Positions 1 to 9,007 of a stretch of DNA of 64,000 nucleotides are shown piece after piece. The notes under the pieces are model-generated. The model was given only the letters and a program-made list of their open reading frames with translations. It was not told the DNA's origin and did not search any database. The stretch is from Pseudomonadota bacterium. Its GTDB lineage: Bacteria > Pseudomonadota > Alphaproteobacteria > Rhodobacterales > Rhodobacteraceae. The stretch spans positions 1,476-65,475 of the forward strand of contig JBCCRM010000021.1 of the NCBI GenBank assembly GCA_039513195.1. The letters run 5' to 3'. A program made the position numbers and the translations under genes. Each line of letters starts with the position of its first letter. Within the stretch, counting starts at the first letter, position 1.

Positions 1-105
1 GGATGTGGCGGTTGAGCCGCAGTCGCTTTTGGCCGTAACGCTGCCCGACGTATACGCCGCGCGTTGTCGCCTTCACATCCGGCCGGGCCGAAGACGGGGG
101 ACGCC

Positions 106-939
106 ATGCCAACGACCGAAGACCGCGTCGCCAGCCACTACACCACGGACGCACTCATCCAGCGGATCCAGGGTGCGCTCGGTCAACTCGGCATTGACAT
201 AAGTGCCGCTACGCCGGCCGACCTAAAGCCAGTCGACGAGTTTCACACGGGCGGGCTCGAAGCGACGCTCGATCTTCTCGACCAGCTCGAGATCGGATCA
301 GCGACCCGGGTGCTCGATATCGGCTGCGGGATTGGTGGAACAGCCCGCGCGGTGACGGAACGCTATGGCTGCCAGGTGACCGGGGTCGATCTGACGCCGG
401 CTTTTGTCGAGACCGCGGCGGCATTGACCGACATGGTTGGGCTCTCTGGCCAGACGACGTTTCGGCAGGGGAGCGCGCTTGCGCTGCCGGTGCAGGATGA
501 GGGCTTCGACATAGCGCTTCTCCTGCATGTTGGCATGAACATCGCGGACAAAGGGACACTGTTTACCGAGGCACACCGGGCGCTATGCCCAGGGGGCCAT
601 TTCGCCGTTTTCGATGTCATGACCGGTCCCGTCGCTGAGGGTCTGGCTTTCCCGCTGCCGTGGTCGAGCGTTCCGGAAACTTCCTTCCTGGCCCCGCCCT
701 CCGCCTACCGCGCCGCGGCCGAGGCCGCGGGCTTCGCCTTGATCGTCGAACGCGGCCGGTCGGACTTCGCCAAGGCATTTTTCGAAAACGCTTTCGCCCG
801 GGTCGCTGCAGAGGGGGCGCCGCCCCTCGGCATTCACATCCTGATGGGCGAGACCGCCGGCGAAAAGCTCAAGAACTATGTCGCCAATCTCGAGGCAGGC
901 AGGGTAGCCCCGACTGAAATGATCTTCCGCGCTAGCTAA
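106..939 (+). CDS. class I SAM-dependent methyltransferase
   Basis: Part of ORF 64..939. ATG at 106 follows a GGGGGA Shine-Dalgarno-like site. SAM-binding motif I VLDIGCGIGG is present. Confidence 0.8.
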   Translation: MPTTEDRVASHYTTDALIQRIQGALGQLGIDISAATPADLKPVDEFHTGGLEATLDLLDQLEIGSATRVLDIGCGIGGTARAVTERYGCQVTGVDLTPAFVETAAALTDMVGLSGQTTFRQGSALALPVQDEGFDIALLLHVGMNIADKGTLFTEAHRALCPGGHFAVFDVMTGPVAEGLAFPLPWSSVPETSFLAPPSAYRAAAEAAGFALIVERGRSDFAKAFFENAFARVAAEGAPPLGIHILMGETAGEKLKNYVANLEAGRVAPTEMIFRAS

Positions 940-950
940 GGAGTGTTCAT

Positions 951-1304
951 ATGGCTTTTGTCGATCTCTTCATGGCGCCGGTGCCGGTAGGCAACCGCGA
1001 CGCCTATCTCTCCCACTCGACGGTCGCCGCTGGGGTTTTCAAAGAGCATGGCGCCATCAGCGTCACCGAGTGCTGGGGTGTTGATATCCCGCCCGGCCAA
1101 ATGACCTCGATGCCCATGGCGGTGAAGCTTGAGGATGGAGAAACCGTGGTTACCGGCTGGGTCCTCTGGCCCACGAAAGAAGCGCGTGATGCCGGAATGG
1201 CAAAGGTTATGGGCGATCCGCGCATGCAGCCGGACGAGAACCCGATGCCGCTTGATGGCGAACGCATGATTTTCGGTGGCTTCGAAGTGATGCTGCAAGC
1301 TTGA
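951..1304 (+). CDS. DUF1428 family protein
   Basis: 117 aa. N-terminus MAFVDLFMAPVP and overall size match my recollection of DUF1428. Sits 12 nt after the methyltransferase gene. Confidence 0.65.
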   Translation: MAFVDLFMAPVPVGNRDAYLSHSTVAAGVFKEHGAISVTECWGVDIPPGQMTSMPMAVKLEDGETVVTGWVLWPTKEARDAGMAKVMGDPRMQPDENPMPLDGERMIFGGFEVMLQA

Positions 1305-1733
1305 CCCCGTCAATCCCGCCAGGGTGACGACGGGAGACCGCAACGGCCGATACTTGGTACGGTTGCGTGGCGATCAAACCTCCGACCCGGTTTGAGCTCA
1401 GGCAAAGGCTTCCATGCCGGGCATTGCGACCCGGCGGCGAAACCAATCGCGTGGAACATGGTGACCGAGCGCGCGCTGAACCCGGAGATGCGGGGCTTCC
1501 CGATCTCGGGCATCTGAACCTCAATTACGGGACGAAGGCGCGGATCGACCGGAAGGTCTGAATCAAATGCTAGCACTGCCATGCGGCCTGCGGAGACCCG
1601 TCTCGCCAAGGCGATTTCGATGGCGCCGGCTGCGGCCGACGAGCGCGCCCGACCGTGTCATTCCGCAAAGCATGGCGATTGGACCGCGCATCCGAACAAG
1701 CCGATGGCTGAAGCGGCGGAGGAGCGCCTCGCG

Positions 1734-2465
1734 CTAGATGTCGAACTCAACCAGGATCGGGACATGGTCGCTCATGCCCGGGCCACACCAGTCCTCGAAA
1801 CGACCGACCCGAAACGCGATAACCGCTTCAAGCCACAGCACCGGCGCGAATACATAGTCGATGTGGTAGGTGGGCCCGTCCTTACGGCGGTCTCGCCAGT
1901 AGTGGGTGGGGACGGTTTCCTCGCCCTGCGCCTCGCCGCGGATTGTATGGTAGGCGCTCTGAAGCCCCATGGTTTCAAGGCGTTCAACCACAGCTCGGTG
2001 ATTGATCCGCCAGCCTGGCCGGTCCCAGAAGACGTTATTGTTGAAGTCGCCGCCGACCACTGCCGGAGCGGCCGTCAAAAAGCCGCGATAGGCGGAGAGC
2101 GCCCGCCGCAACGGCCCCAATTGATGCTTGCGCGTGATGCCGCCGCTGGCGTTCTGTGCCCAAACCGCCAGCAAGTGAAACCCGAGCGGTCCGTCGACAT
2201 GGACCGGCGCGATATGGCGCAGGGTCGGGCGATGCCCCTTTGCCAGGCGCACTCGGTAGCCGTTGAAGGCGAAGACACCGAGCCCCTTGTTTGGGTTGTT
2301 GCCGATCCAGACCGCAGTCTCTCCCGCGACCTCGCCGAGACCTCGGGCGGTAAGCACCGAGGGTGCGGCGCATTCCGAGATCACAGCCAGGTCGGGCCGC
2401 AGCCGCATCAACGCTTCCGCCTTACGGTGAAAGGCCATGCTGCAATTCCAGACGACCAGACGCAT
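1734..2465 (-). CDS. endonuclease/exonuclease/phosphatase (EEP) family protein
   Basis: 243 aa. N-terminal MRLVVWNC and C-terminal SDHVPILVEF are typical EEP catalytic-strand motifs. Confidence 0.7.
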   Translation of the reverse strand: MRLVVWNCSMAFHRKAEALMRLRPDLAVISECAAPSVLTARGLGEVAGETAVWIGNNPNKGLGVFAFNGYRVRLAKGHRPTLRHIAPVHVDGPLGFHLLAVWAQNASGGITRKHQLGPLRRALSAYRGFLTAAPAVVGGDFNNNVFWDRPGWRINHRAVVERLETMGLQSAYHTIRGEAQGEETVPTHYWRDRRKDGPTYHIDYVFAPVLWLEAVIAFRVGRFEDWCGPGMSDHVPILVEFDI

Positions 2466-2516
2466 GCTTCCCTAGGTTCGCCGTGTGGCGCAGGACACCG
2501 GTGCAGGCTGCGCCGT

Positions 2517-3155
2517 TCAGGCCTCTTGCCACAGCACGGCGCGGATTGGGGTGGGGCCATTGCTGCCTGCGGCGGCGTTCAGAGCTTCCGGGCAGTTGGA
2601 GAGGACGGCGATCAGATCCATCTCGGCCCGCAGATCGACGTAGTCGCCTGGGCGCGATTGGCTGTCGGCGATCTCAGCCGACCCATCCGGGCCCACTGGC
2701 ACGTTCATGAACCAGTTTACATTGGCGACGACATGCTCTGACCCCAAGCCGTGCTTTCCCATCTCCCGCTCGAAATTGCGCTGACAGCATTCGGTATTCA
2801 CCTGCCCGTACCGCACCCGGTCGACCGCGAAGGAGCAGCAACCGAAGATCGTATCATGCCCGCCGCAACTATCCTCCACCACCGTCATCATCGGCCGCGC
2901 GAATTGGGAGTAGAGCACAGTACCCTGGCCGATCAGGATCTGCTTTGGGATCTTGATGGTGTTCGGCATATGGTAGCGCTCGACTTGGCCCTCATGGTGC
3001 TCGGTTCCGAAGCAGAGAAAGTCGACTGCCTGTTGACCCTCCAGATCCACCAGCCGCAGCCGCTGACCGGCCGCCATCCGCGTGCTCCAAGGGGCGCGGG
3101 CGGGCACGACGGTGTCGTGCAGGATGTGACCTTCGGGCAAAGCACTGTCCATCAT
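2517..3155 (-). CDS. urea carboxylase-associated (DUF1989) family protein
   Basis: 212 aa. RLRLVDLEGQQAVDFLCF and SNCP motifs resemble DUF1989 as recalled. Confidence 0.6.
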   Translation of the reverse strand: MMDSALPEGHILHDTVVPARAPWSTRMAAGQRLRLVDLEGQQAVDFLCFGTEHHEGQVERYHMPNTIKIPKQILIGQGTVLYSQFARPMMTVVEDSCGGHDTIFGCCSFAVDRVRYGQVNTECCQRNFEREMGKHGLGSEHVVANVNWFMNVPVGPDGSAEIADSQSRPGDYVDLRAEMDLIAVLSNCPEALNAAAGSNGPTPIRAVLWQEA

Positions 3156-3196
3156 GGCTCGAGGCTATCTCGGTCTGCCCGTAGCGTCGAGGGAGT

Positions 3197-4099
3197 ATGA
3201 CCCCGCGCGCCGACCGCCTGCGTGGGCATGGCGCGATGGTGCTGTTTGCGCTGTTGATCTCCGGCTCCTTCACCTTGGGGGATATGGCTGCGCCCCATAT
3301 CGACCCGGCGGCGTTGACCGCGCTGCGCTTTCTGATCGCGGCCCTGGTGGTCGGGGCGGTCGTCTGGCCCCGCATCCGGCCAGCGCATCTGCGGGCAGCC
3401 TGGCGCTATCCAATTCTTGGCGGGTTGATGGCGGCCTATTTCATCCTGATGTTCGAGGCGCTACGCCTCACCGATCCGGTATCGACCGGCGCGCTCTTCA
3501 CCCTCACGCCGCTGATGAGCGCCGGCTTCGGCTGGTTACTGCTGCGCCAGATCACCACGCCCCTGACCGCGCTCAGCCTCCTTGCCGCGGGTCTCGGTGC
3601 GCTCTGGGTGATCTTCCGCGCAGATCTGGGGGCGTTGTTACGCCTCGGCCTCGGGCCCGGCGAGATCCTGTTTCTGATCGGCTGCGGGTGCCACGCGCTT
3701 TACACGCCGCTTGCTCGTCTTTGGAAGAGGGGCGTGCCGCTACCGGTCTACACACTGGCCGTGGTCCTTGGCGGGTTGGCCGTCACACTGGCCTACGGCG
3801 CCGGTCGCCTCGCGGCGACGGACTGGGCGGCCCTGCCGCCGATTGCCTGGGCCACCGCGCTCTATCTCGGCGTCGTCACCACGGCCGTCACCTTCTTCCT
3901 GGTCCAATTCGCCACCCTGCGCCTGCCTGCCGGCAAGGTCATGGCCTATGGCTATTTGGTGCCGAGTTTCGTGATCCTATGGGAAGGGCTGCTCGGCCAT
4001 GGTTGGGTGGCGGGGCAAGTCTGGCTCGGCGTCCTTGGCACCGCCTTGCCGCTTCTCCTCCTCCTCGGCGACGACCCGGAGCGCCGAGATAGCGCTTGA
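3197..4099 (+). CDS. DMT (EamA-like) family transporter
   Basis: 300 aa, about 10 hydrophobic helices arranged as a duplicated EamA-like unit. Confidence 0.75.
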   Translation: MTPRADRLRGHGAMVLFALLISGSFTLGDMAAPHIDPAALTALRFLIAALVVGAVVWPRIRPAHLRAAWRYPILGGLMAAYFILMFEALRLTDPVSTGALFTLTPLMSAGFGWLLLRQITTPLTALSLLAAGLGALWVIFRADLGALLRLGLGPGEILFLIGCGCHALYTPLARLWKRGVPLPVYTLAVVLGGLAVTLAYGAGRLAATDWAALPPIAWATALYLGVVTTAVTFFLVQFATLRLPAGKVMAYGYLVPSFVILWEGLLGHGWVAGQVWLGVLGTALPLLLLLGDDPERRDSA

Positions 4100-5409
4100 T
4101 CTCCAAAGCGCTGCGGTTAGCGTTTGCCGATGGGCCAAGCAGAAGCGGGGGCGATCGCGTGGCGGCACCGGGACAGAACCTGAAGATCGACGGCGCAAGG
4201 CTGTGGGACAGCTTGATGGAGATGGCGAAGATCGGCCCCGGCATCGCCGGCGGCAACAACCGCCAAACCCTGACCGACGAGGATGCCGAGGGGCGGCGCC
4301 TCTTCCAATCCTGGTGCGAGGCGGAGGGGCTCTCGATGGGTCTCGACCAGATGGGCACCATGTTCGCGCGGCGCGAGGGCACCGACCCGGATGCGCTACC
4401 GGTCTATGTGGGCAGCCATCTCGACACCCAGCCGACCGGCGGAAAGTATGATGGGGTCTTGGGCGTCCTCGGCGGGCTCGAGATCATCCGCACCCTCAAC
4501 CGCCTCGGGATCCAAACCCGTCGCCCTATCGTGGTGACCAACTGGACCAACGAGGAGGGGACCCGCTATGCGCCGCCGATGATGGCCTCTGGCGTCTTTG
4601 CAGGGATGCACACCCAAGATTGGGCCTATGACCGCATCGATGCCGACGGGAAGCGCTTCGGTGACGAGCTGGAGCGGATCGGCTGGCGGGGTGAGGAGGC
4701 GGTCGGCGACCGCGAGATGCATGCGTTCTTCGAGCTCCATATCGAGCAGGGCCCGATTCTGGAGGCCGAGGGAAAGGAAATCGGGGTCGTAACCCATGGC
4801 CAGGGCCTGCGCTGGATCCAATGCACCGTGACGGGGAAGGAGAGCCACACCGGCTCCACTCCCATGCCGATGCGTCGGAATGCCGGGCGGGGCTTGGCGC
4901 AGATCACCGAGCTGGTGCACGAGATCGCGATGAGCCAGCAGCCGAACGCCGTCGGCGCCATTGGCCATATCGACATCCACCCGAACAGCCGGAACATCAT
5001 CCCCGGCCGTGCGGTCTTCACCGTCGATCTCCGTAGCCATCTGCAGTGGGTTCTGGACGCCATGATCGCCCGCTTCGATGCGGAGGCCCCGGCGCTTTGC
5101 GAGGCCTTGGGTTGCAGTTTCGAGAGCGAGGTTGTGGGGAGCTTCGACCCGCCGGCTTTCGATCAGGGTTGCGTTACCGCGATCCGGAGCGCGGCCGAGC
5201 GGCTCGGCTATTCCCACCGCGACATCGTCTCGGGTGCCGGGCACGACGCCTGCTGGATCAACCGGGTGGCGCCGACCGCTATGGTGATGTGCCCCTGCGT
5301 CGATGGGCTGAGCCACAACGAGGCGGAGGAGATCACCCCCGAATGGGCCGAAAAGGGCGCCAATGTCCTCTTCCACGCCGTCGTCGAAACCGCGGAGATT
5401 GTGGGGTGA
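4096..5409 (+). CDS. M20-family Zn-dependent amidohydrolase (N-carbamoyl-amino-acid / beta-ureidopropionase / allantoate amidohydrolase type)
   Basis: GSHLDTQPTGGKYDGVLGVLGG motif, about 415-437 aa. The start is uncertain: TTG at 4096 overlaps the EamA stop, and GTG at 4159 has a better Shine-Dalgarno site. Confidence 0.85.
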   Translation: MISKALRLAFADGPSRSGGDRVAAPGQNLKIDGARLWDSLMEMAKIGPGIAGGNNRQTLTDEDAEGRRLFQSWCEAEGLSMGLDQMGTMFARREGTDPDALPVYVGSHLDTQPTGGKYDGVLGVLGGLEIIRTLNRLGIQTRRPIVVTNWTNEEGTRYAPPMMASGVFAGMHTQDWAYDRIDADGKRFGDELERIGWRGEEAVGDREMHAFFELHIEQGPILEAEGKEIGVVTHGQGLRWIQCTVTGKESHTGSTPMPMRRNAGRGLAQITELVHEIAMSQQPNAVGAIGHIDIHPNSRNIIPGRAVFTVDLRSHLQWVLDAMIARFDAEAPALCEALGCSFESEVVGSFDPPAFDQGCVTAIRSAAERLGYSHRDIVSGAGHDACWINRVAPTAMVMCPCVDGLSHNEAEEITPEWAEKGANVLFHAVVETAEIVG

Positions 5410-5762
5410 GGGTGGTGCGGGTCAACGCCGGCAATATTGATGGGGATCGCAATCGCAGTGAATCGTGGCACCTTGTCTTCGACGCCATCGTTGACGCAGA
5501 AGACCGTGTTTGCAGCACCGAGGAAATGTTCGGCTTTGATCGAGAAGTCGACCGACATGGCGAGGAATTGATCCAATTCTGTAGGTTCCAGCCGAACGGC
5601 GAGATCTTTCGGTTCGATGAAAACAGCCCCCACCCGTGGCACAACCTAAGCTACGAGCATACCGTTCCCATGAGGGTCGGCCAGCACCTCAAAGACTGGT
5701 TTGACGATGAATGCACGTTCGACATCCATGCGGTGATCGAACTGACAGGGAGAGTTGCATGA
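5406..5762 (+). CDS. hypothetical protein (orphan, GTG start)
   Basis: Tail of ORF 5046..5762. GTG at 5406/5412 overlaps the amidohydrolase stop. Its TGA overlaps the ATG of the next gene (ATGA). I recognise no family. Confidence 0.45.
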   Translation: MRVVRVNAGNIDGDRNRSESWHLVFDAIVDAEDRVCSTEEMFGFDREVDRHGEELIQFCRFQPNGEIFRFDENSPHPWHNLSYEHTVPMRVGQHLKDWFDDECTFDIHAVIELTGRVA

Positions 5763-7219
5763 CCAAGGTCATCAAAGGCGGCACGGTCGTCACCGCGGAC
5801 AGAATTTGGCAGGCGGATGTGCTGGTGGAGGGGGAGACCATCGCCGCCATCGGCGAGGAGCTCTCAGGCCACGAGGTCGTGGATGCCAGTGGCGCCTATG
5901 TCATCCCGGGCGGCATCGACCCGCACACGCATATGGAGATGCCCTTCATGGGCACGTTCGCGGCCGAGACCTTCGAGAGCGGCACCTGGGCGGCTGCCAC
6001 CGGCGGCACCACGATGCTGGTGGATTTCGTCCTCCCAGGCCCCGACGGCTCGCTGCTCAACGCCGTGGATGATTGGGACCGCAAATCCGCTCCGCAGATC
6101 TGCACCGATATCTCCTATCACATGGCGATCACCGGCTGGTCGGAGCAGATCTTTCGCGAGATGGCGGAGGTCGTCGATCGCGGCATCAACACCTTCAAGC
6201 ATTTTATGGCCTATAAGGGCGCGCTGATGATCGAGGACGACGAGATGTTCGCGTCGTTCCAGCGCTGTGCCGCCCTGGGGGCCATGCCCTTGGTCCATGC
6301 CGAAAACGGTGATGTGGTCGCGGCGCTGCAAGAGAAGTTCATGGCTGAGGGGGTGACCGGGCCGGAAGGACACGCCTTCTCCCGCCCGCCGGAGGTCGAG
6401 GGCGAGGCCGCGAACCGCGCGATCATGATCGCCGATGCGGCCGGCGTGCCGCTCTATGTGGTCCATGTCTCCTGCGAACAGGCCCATGAGGCGATCCGGC
6501 GCGCGCGGCAAAAGGGGATGCGTGTCTACGGCGAGCCTTTGATCCAGCACCTGACCCTCGACGAGGGCGAGTATTTCAACAAGGACTGGGATTATTCCGC
6601 ACGGCGCGTGATGTCGCCGCCGTTTCGCTCGAAGGACCACCAAGACGGGCTCTGGGCGGGGCTCGCCGCGGGGTCGCTGCAGGTAGTAGCAACCGACCAC
6701 TGTGCCTTCACCACCGAGCAGAAGCGCATGGGGCTGAAGGGTTTCCCGATGATCCCGAACGGCACCGGCGGGCTGGAGGACCGGTTGGCGATGCTGTGGA
6801 CCAAGGGAGTTGAGACGGGCCGCCTCACGCCGATGGAGTTCGTCGCTGTGACCTCCTCGAACATCGCGAAGATCCTGAACATCTATCCAAAAAAGGGCGC
6901 CCTTGTGCCCGGCGCGGATGCCGATGTGGTGGTGTGGGACCCAAAGATTTCGAAGACCATCTCGGCGGCCACGCAGAAATCCATCATCGATTACAACGTT
7001 TTCGAAGGGTTCGAGGTGACGGCGCAGGCGCGCTACACGATGAGCCGCGGCGAGGTGATCTGGGAGCATGGCAAGAACTCGCAGCCCCAACCCGGTCGGG
7101 GGCGGTTCGTGCCGCGCCCTGCCTTCCCGGCGGTGAACAAGGCGCTGTCGGCTTGGAAAGAACTGACTGCGCCCCGCAAAGTGGTCCGCGACGTGACGAA
7201 CATTCCAAGTGGAGTTTGA
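5759..7219 (+). CDS. hydA: dihydropyrimidinase / D-hydantoinase
   Basis: MTKVIKGGTVVTAD start. GGIDPHTHMEMPFMG metal-binding motif. 486 aa cyclic amidohydrolase. Confidence 0.9.
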   Translation: MTKVIKGGTVVTADRIWQADVLVEGETIAAIGEELSGHEVVDASGAYVIPGGIDPHTHMEMPFMGTFAAETFESGTWAAATGGTTMLVDFVLPGPDGSLLNAVDDWDRKSAPQICTDISYHMAITGWSEQIFREMAEVVDRGINTFKHFMAYKGALMIEDDEMFASFQRCAALGAMPLVHAENGDVVAALQEKFMAEGVTGPEGHAFSRPPEVEGEAANRAIMIADAAGVPLYVVHVSCEQAHEAIRRARQKGMRVYGEPLIQHLTLDEGEYFNKDWDYSARRVMSPPFRSKDHQDGLWAGLAAGSLQVVATDHCAFTTEQKRMGLKGFPMIPNGTGGLEDRLAMLWTKGVETGRLTPMEFVAVTSSNIAKILNIYPKKGALVPGADADVVVWDPKISKTISAATQKSIIDYNVFEGFEVTAQARYTMSRGEVIWEHGKNSQPQPGRGRFVPRPAFPAVNKALSAWKELTAPRKVVRDVTNIPSGV

Positions 7220-7222
7220 GCG

Positions 7223-7744
7223 GTGCTGGAGCGCGTGCCTGCAACACCGCCGCGGCCGGATCGGTCCTGGGGCCTCATAAACCGGACGGTGATCGCCGAG
7301 GACGGTCCGAATGTGCGGTGCGCGGCACCCCACCCGGTTCTCCAACTGCTCTCGAAACAAGACCTCTTCGCCTTCGATTGCGACTATTGGCGCATGATCG
7401 ACGGCGCCTATCGCGGGGACGTTCGGGTTGTGGCTTGCATCACCAGTGGCGGGGCTAGCGATGATGGCTTCGACCGACTTCGCGTCAGGCCACTCTCCTC
7501 GGGGCGGCGGGTTTACAAAGGCAGCCTGGGCGATCCCGAAACCTTCATCTATATGAGCGAGCCATGCGAGGCGGAGAATAAGAGCGTCCGCTCTGCTGAG
7601 CAGGAGGTCTACGAGGCAAAGTGTGGGGCTGAGCTCCCTCGGTCTCACCTTAAGGCACCAACACAGCCCGCGAGTAAAGCGTGGCATGTCGATGCACTAG
7701 AGTTCTTTCCGAAGCTGTCCGCCTGGGTAGATGCGAACGGGTAG
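7223..7744 (+). CDS. hypothetical protein (orphan)
   Basis: 173 aa ORF with a GTG start 4 nt after the hydA stop. Its 3' end overlaps the ABC ATPase start by 14 nt. Third-position GC bias fits this frame. I recognise no family. Confidence 0.45.
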   Translation: MLERVPATPPRPDRSWGLINRTVIAEDGPNVRCAAPHPVLQLLSKQDLFAFDCDYWRMIDGAYRGDVRVVACITSGGASDDGFDRLRVRPLSSGRRVYKGSLGDPETFIYMSEPCEAENKSVRSAEQEVYEAKCGAELPRSHLKAPTQPASKAWHVDALEFFPKLSAWVDANG

Positions 7745-8519
7745 TGCCGCGATAAGGGCGGCTGGCCTCAATTTGGTTTTCCCGACCAGCGACGGGCCGG
7801 TGCATGCGCTCTCGGACGTCAATCTGGAGGTTGGGCACGGCGAGTTCGTCTCCTTCATCGGCCCGTCAGGCTGCGGCAAGACCACTTTCCTGCGGGTGAT
7901 CGCGGATCTGGAGCAGCCGACATCTGGCGAGATCACCGTAAACGGCACGAGCCCCGGCGAGGCCCGTCGGGCCCGTGCCTATGGCTATGTGTTTCAGGCA
8001 GCGGGTCTGCTGCCCTGGCGCAGCATCGAGAGCAATGTCTGCCTACCGCTAGAGATCATCGGCCTGCGACAGGCGGAACGCCGGGATCGTGCAGCCAAGG
8101 TGCTTGATCTGGTCGGGCTCAGTGACTTCAAACGCAAGTATCCTTGGCAGCTCTCCGGTGGGATGCAGCAACGGGCTTCCATCGCTCGGGCGCTTGCCTT
8201 CGATGCTGACGTGTTGCTGATGGACGAGCCGTTCGGGGCACTCGACGAGATCGTGCGGGATCACCTCAACGAGCAGCTTTTGGCGCTCTGGGCGCGGACC
8301 GGGAAAACGATTTGCTTTGTCACCCATTCGATCCCGGAGGCGGTGTATCTCTCGACCCGGATCGTCGTGATGAGCCCAAGGCCTGGGCGGATCGTCGATG
8401 TCATCGACAGTCCGTTACCGCGGGAACGACCGCTCGCGATTCGCGAGACGCCCGATTTTCTCTCAGTGGCGGCGCGGGTGCGAGACGGGCTGCGTCAGGG
8501 TCACGGCGCCGATGTTTGA
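7731..8519 (+). CDS. ABC transporter ATP-binding protein (NitT/TauT family type)
   Basis: Walker A GPSGCGKTT, signature LSGGMQQR, Walker B LLMDEPFGALD. Confidence 0.9.
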   Translation: MRTGSAAIRAAGLNLVFPTSDGPVHALSDVNLEVGHGEFVSFIGPSGCGKTTFLRVIADLEQPTSGEITVNGTSPGEARRARAYGYVFQAAGLLPWRSIESNVCLPLEIIGLRQAERRDRAAKVLDLVGLSDFKRKYPWQLSGGMQQRASIARALAFDADVLLMDEPFGALDEIVRDHLNEQLLALWARTGKTICFVTHSIPEAVYLSTRIVVMSPRPGRIVDVIDSPLPRERPLAIRETPDFLSVAARVRDGLRQGHGADV

Positions 8520-8541
8520 GCGGAGGCCAAGGCGCGCTCCG

Positions 8542-8617
8542 CTGCTGGCTTGCCAGCAGACTGAGGGTTTCCGACCCTCAGTGCGGGCCGAACGGCCCGC
8601 CGGAGCGCGCTTGCGCG
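8542..8617 (+). other. cluster of four short GC-rich hairpins in an intra-operon spacer
   Basis: CTGCTGGC-TT-GCCAGCAG (8542-8559), CTGAGGGT-ttccg-ACCCTCAG (8561-8581), GGGCCG-AA-CGGCCC (8585-8598), GCGCGC-TT-GCGCGC-like (about 8603-8617). Confidence 0.4.
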
Positions 8618-8758
8618 GCTGCACCGTTCGCCGAGTAGAACGACCCGCCGCCCGGTGCGGCAACGCCGTCGCGCCCTGGTCGGAGAGCAACGAGTGCGAT
8701 ACAGATTTGTGGCAAGGTCGATGGCAAGCGCTGCCAAAGCGGGCGCGAAGGGGTCGCG

Positions 8759-9007
8759 ATGATTGAGCCTGCACGAAACGGACCGCTTGATCGCTTCCTC
8801 CGCGCTTGCGAGCGGACGCTGCGAATTTGGGTTTGGCTGCTCGGCGTAGCGATCTTGCTCGCTCTGTTTGGCTTGGTGCCTAGTTTGATAGGCGTTGCTG
8901 CGCTCCTCGGCGTCGTCTGGATCCCGATCCTTCTGCTGATCTTTTGGGGCAGGCTGCTCGACGAGACCCTCCACATGCGATCCGATATGGAGGACGGCCC
9001 AAGGTGA
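8759..9007 (+). CDS. small two-helix membrane protein
   Basis: 82 aa. GAAGGGG Shine-Dalgarno site before the ATG. Two hydrophobic helices. Its stop overlaps the GTG at 9004 of the permease (GTGA). Confidence 0.5.
   Translation: MIEPARNGPLDRFLRACERTLRIWVWLLGVAILLALFGLVPSLIGVAALLGVVWIPILLLIFWGRLLDETLHMRSDMEDGPR

Noticed and set aside
1305-1733. 430 bp spacer with ORFs 1310..1609 (-) and 1367..1561 (+). I considered a degraded gene.
   Set aside because: I found no motif, Shine-Dalgarno site or family resemblance, so I cannot support either a gene or a pseudogene call. BLASTX would be needed.
1581-2741. 386 aa plus-strand ORF overlapping the EEP and DUF1989 genes. Similar long shadows occur at 24227..25426, 27160..28257, 30524..31636, 36950..37750, 39367..40455, 43746..44855 and 56414..57379.
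   Set aside because: All are antisense to or out of frame with genes that have clear family motifs. They have R/G/P/A-dominated composition and no Shine-Dalgarno sites. They are expected by chance in DNA above 60% GC.
3156-3196. Possible guanidine (ykkC) riboswitch in front of the DUF1989 or EamA genes.
   Set aside because: The divergent spacer is only 41 bp, far too short for any guanidine riboswitch class.
5864-7687. 607 aa ORF on the minus strand across hydA and the following orphan.
   Set aside because: It is antisense to a gene with unmistakable dihydropyrimidinase motifs. The sequence is Arg/Gly/Ala/Pro-rich, typical of high-GC shadow frames. No motif is recognisable.
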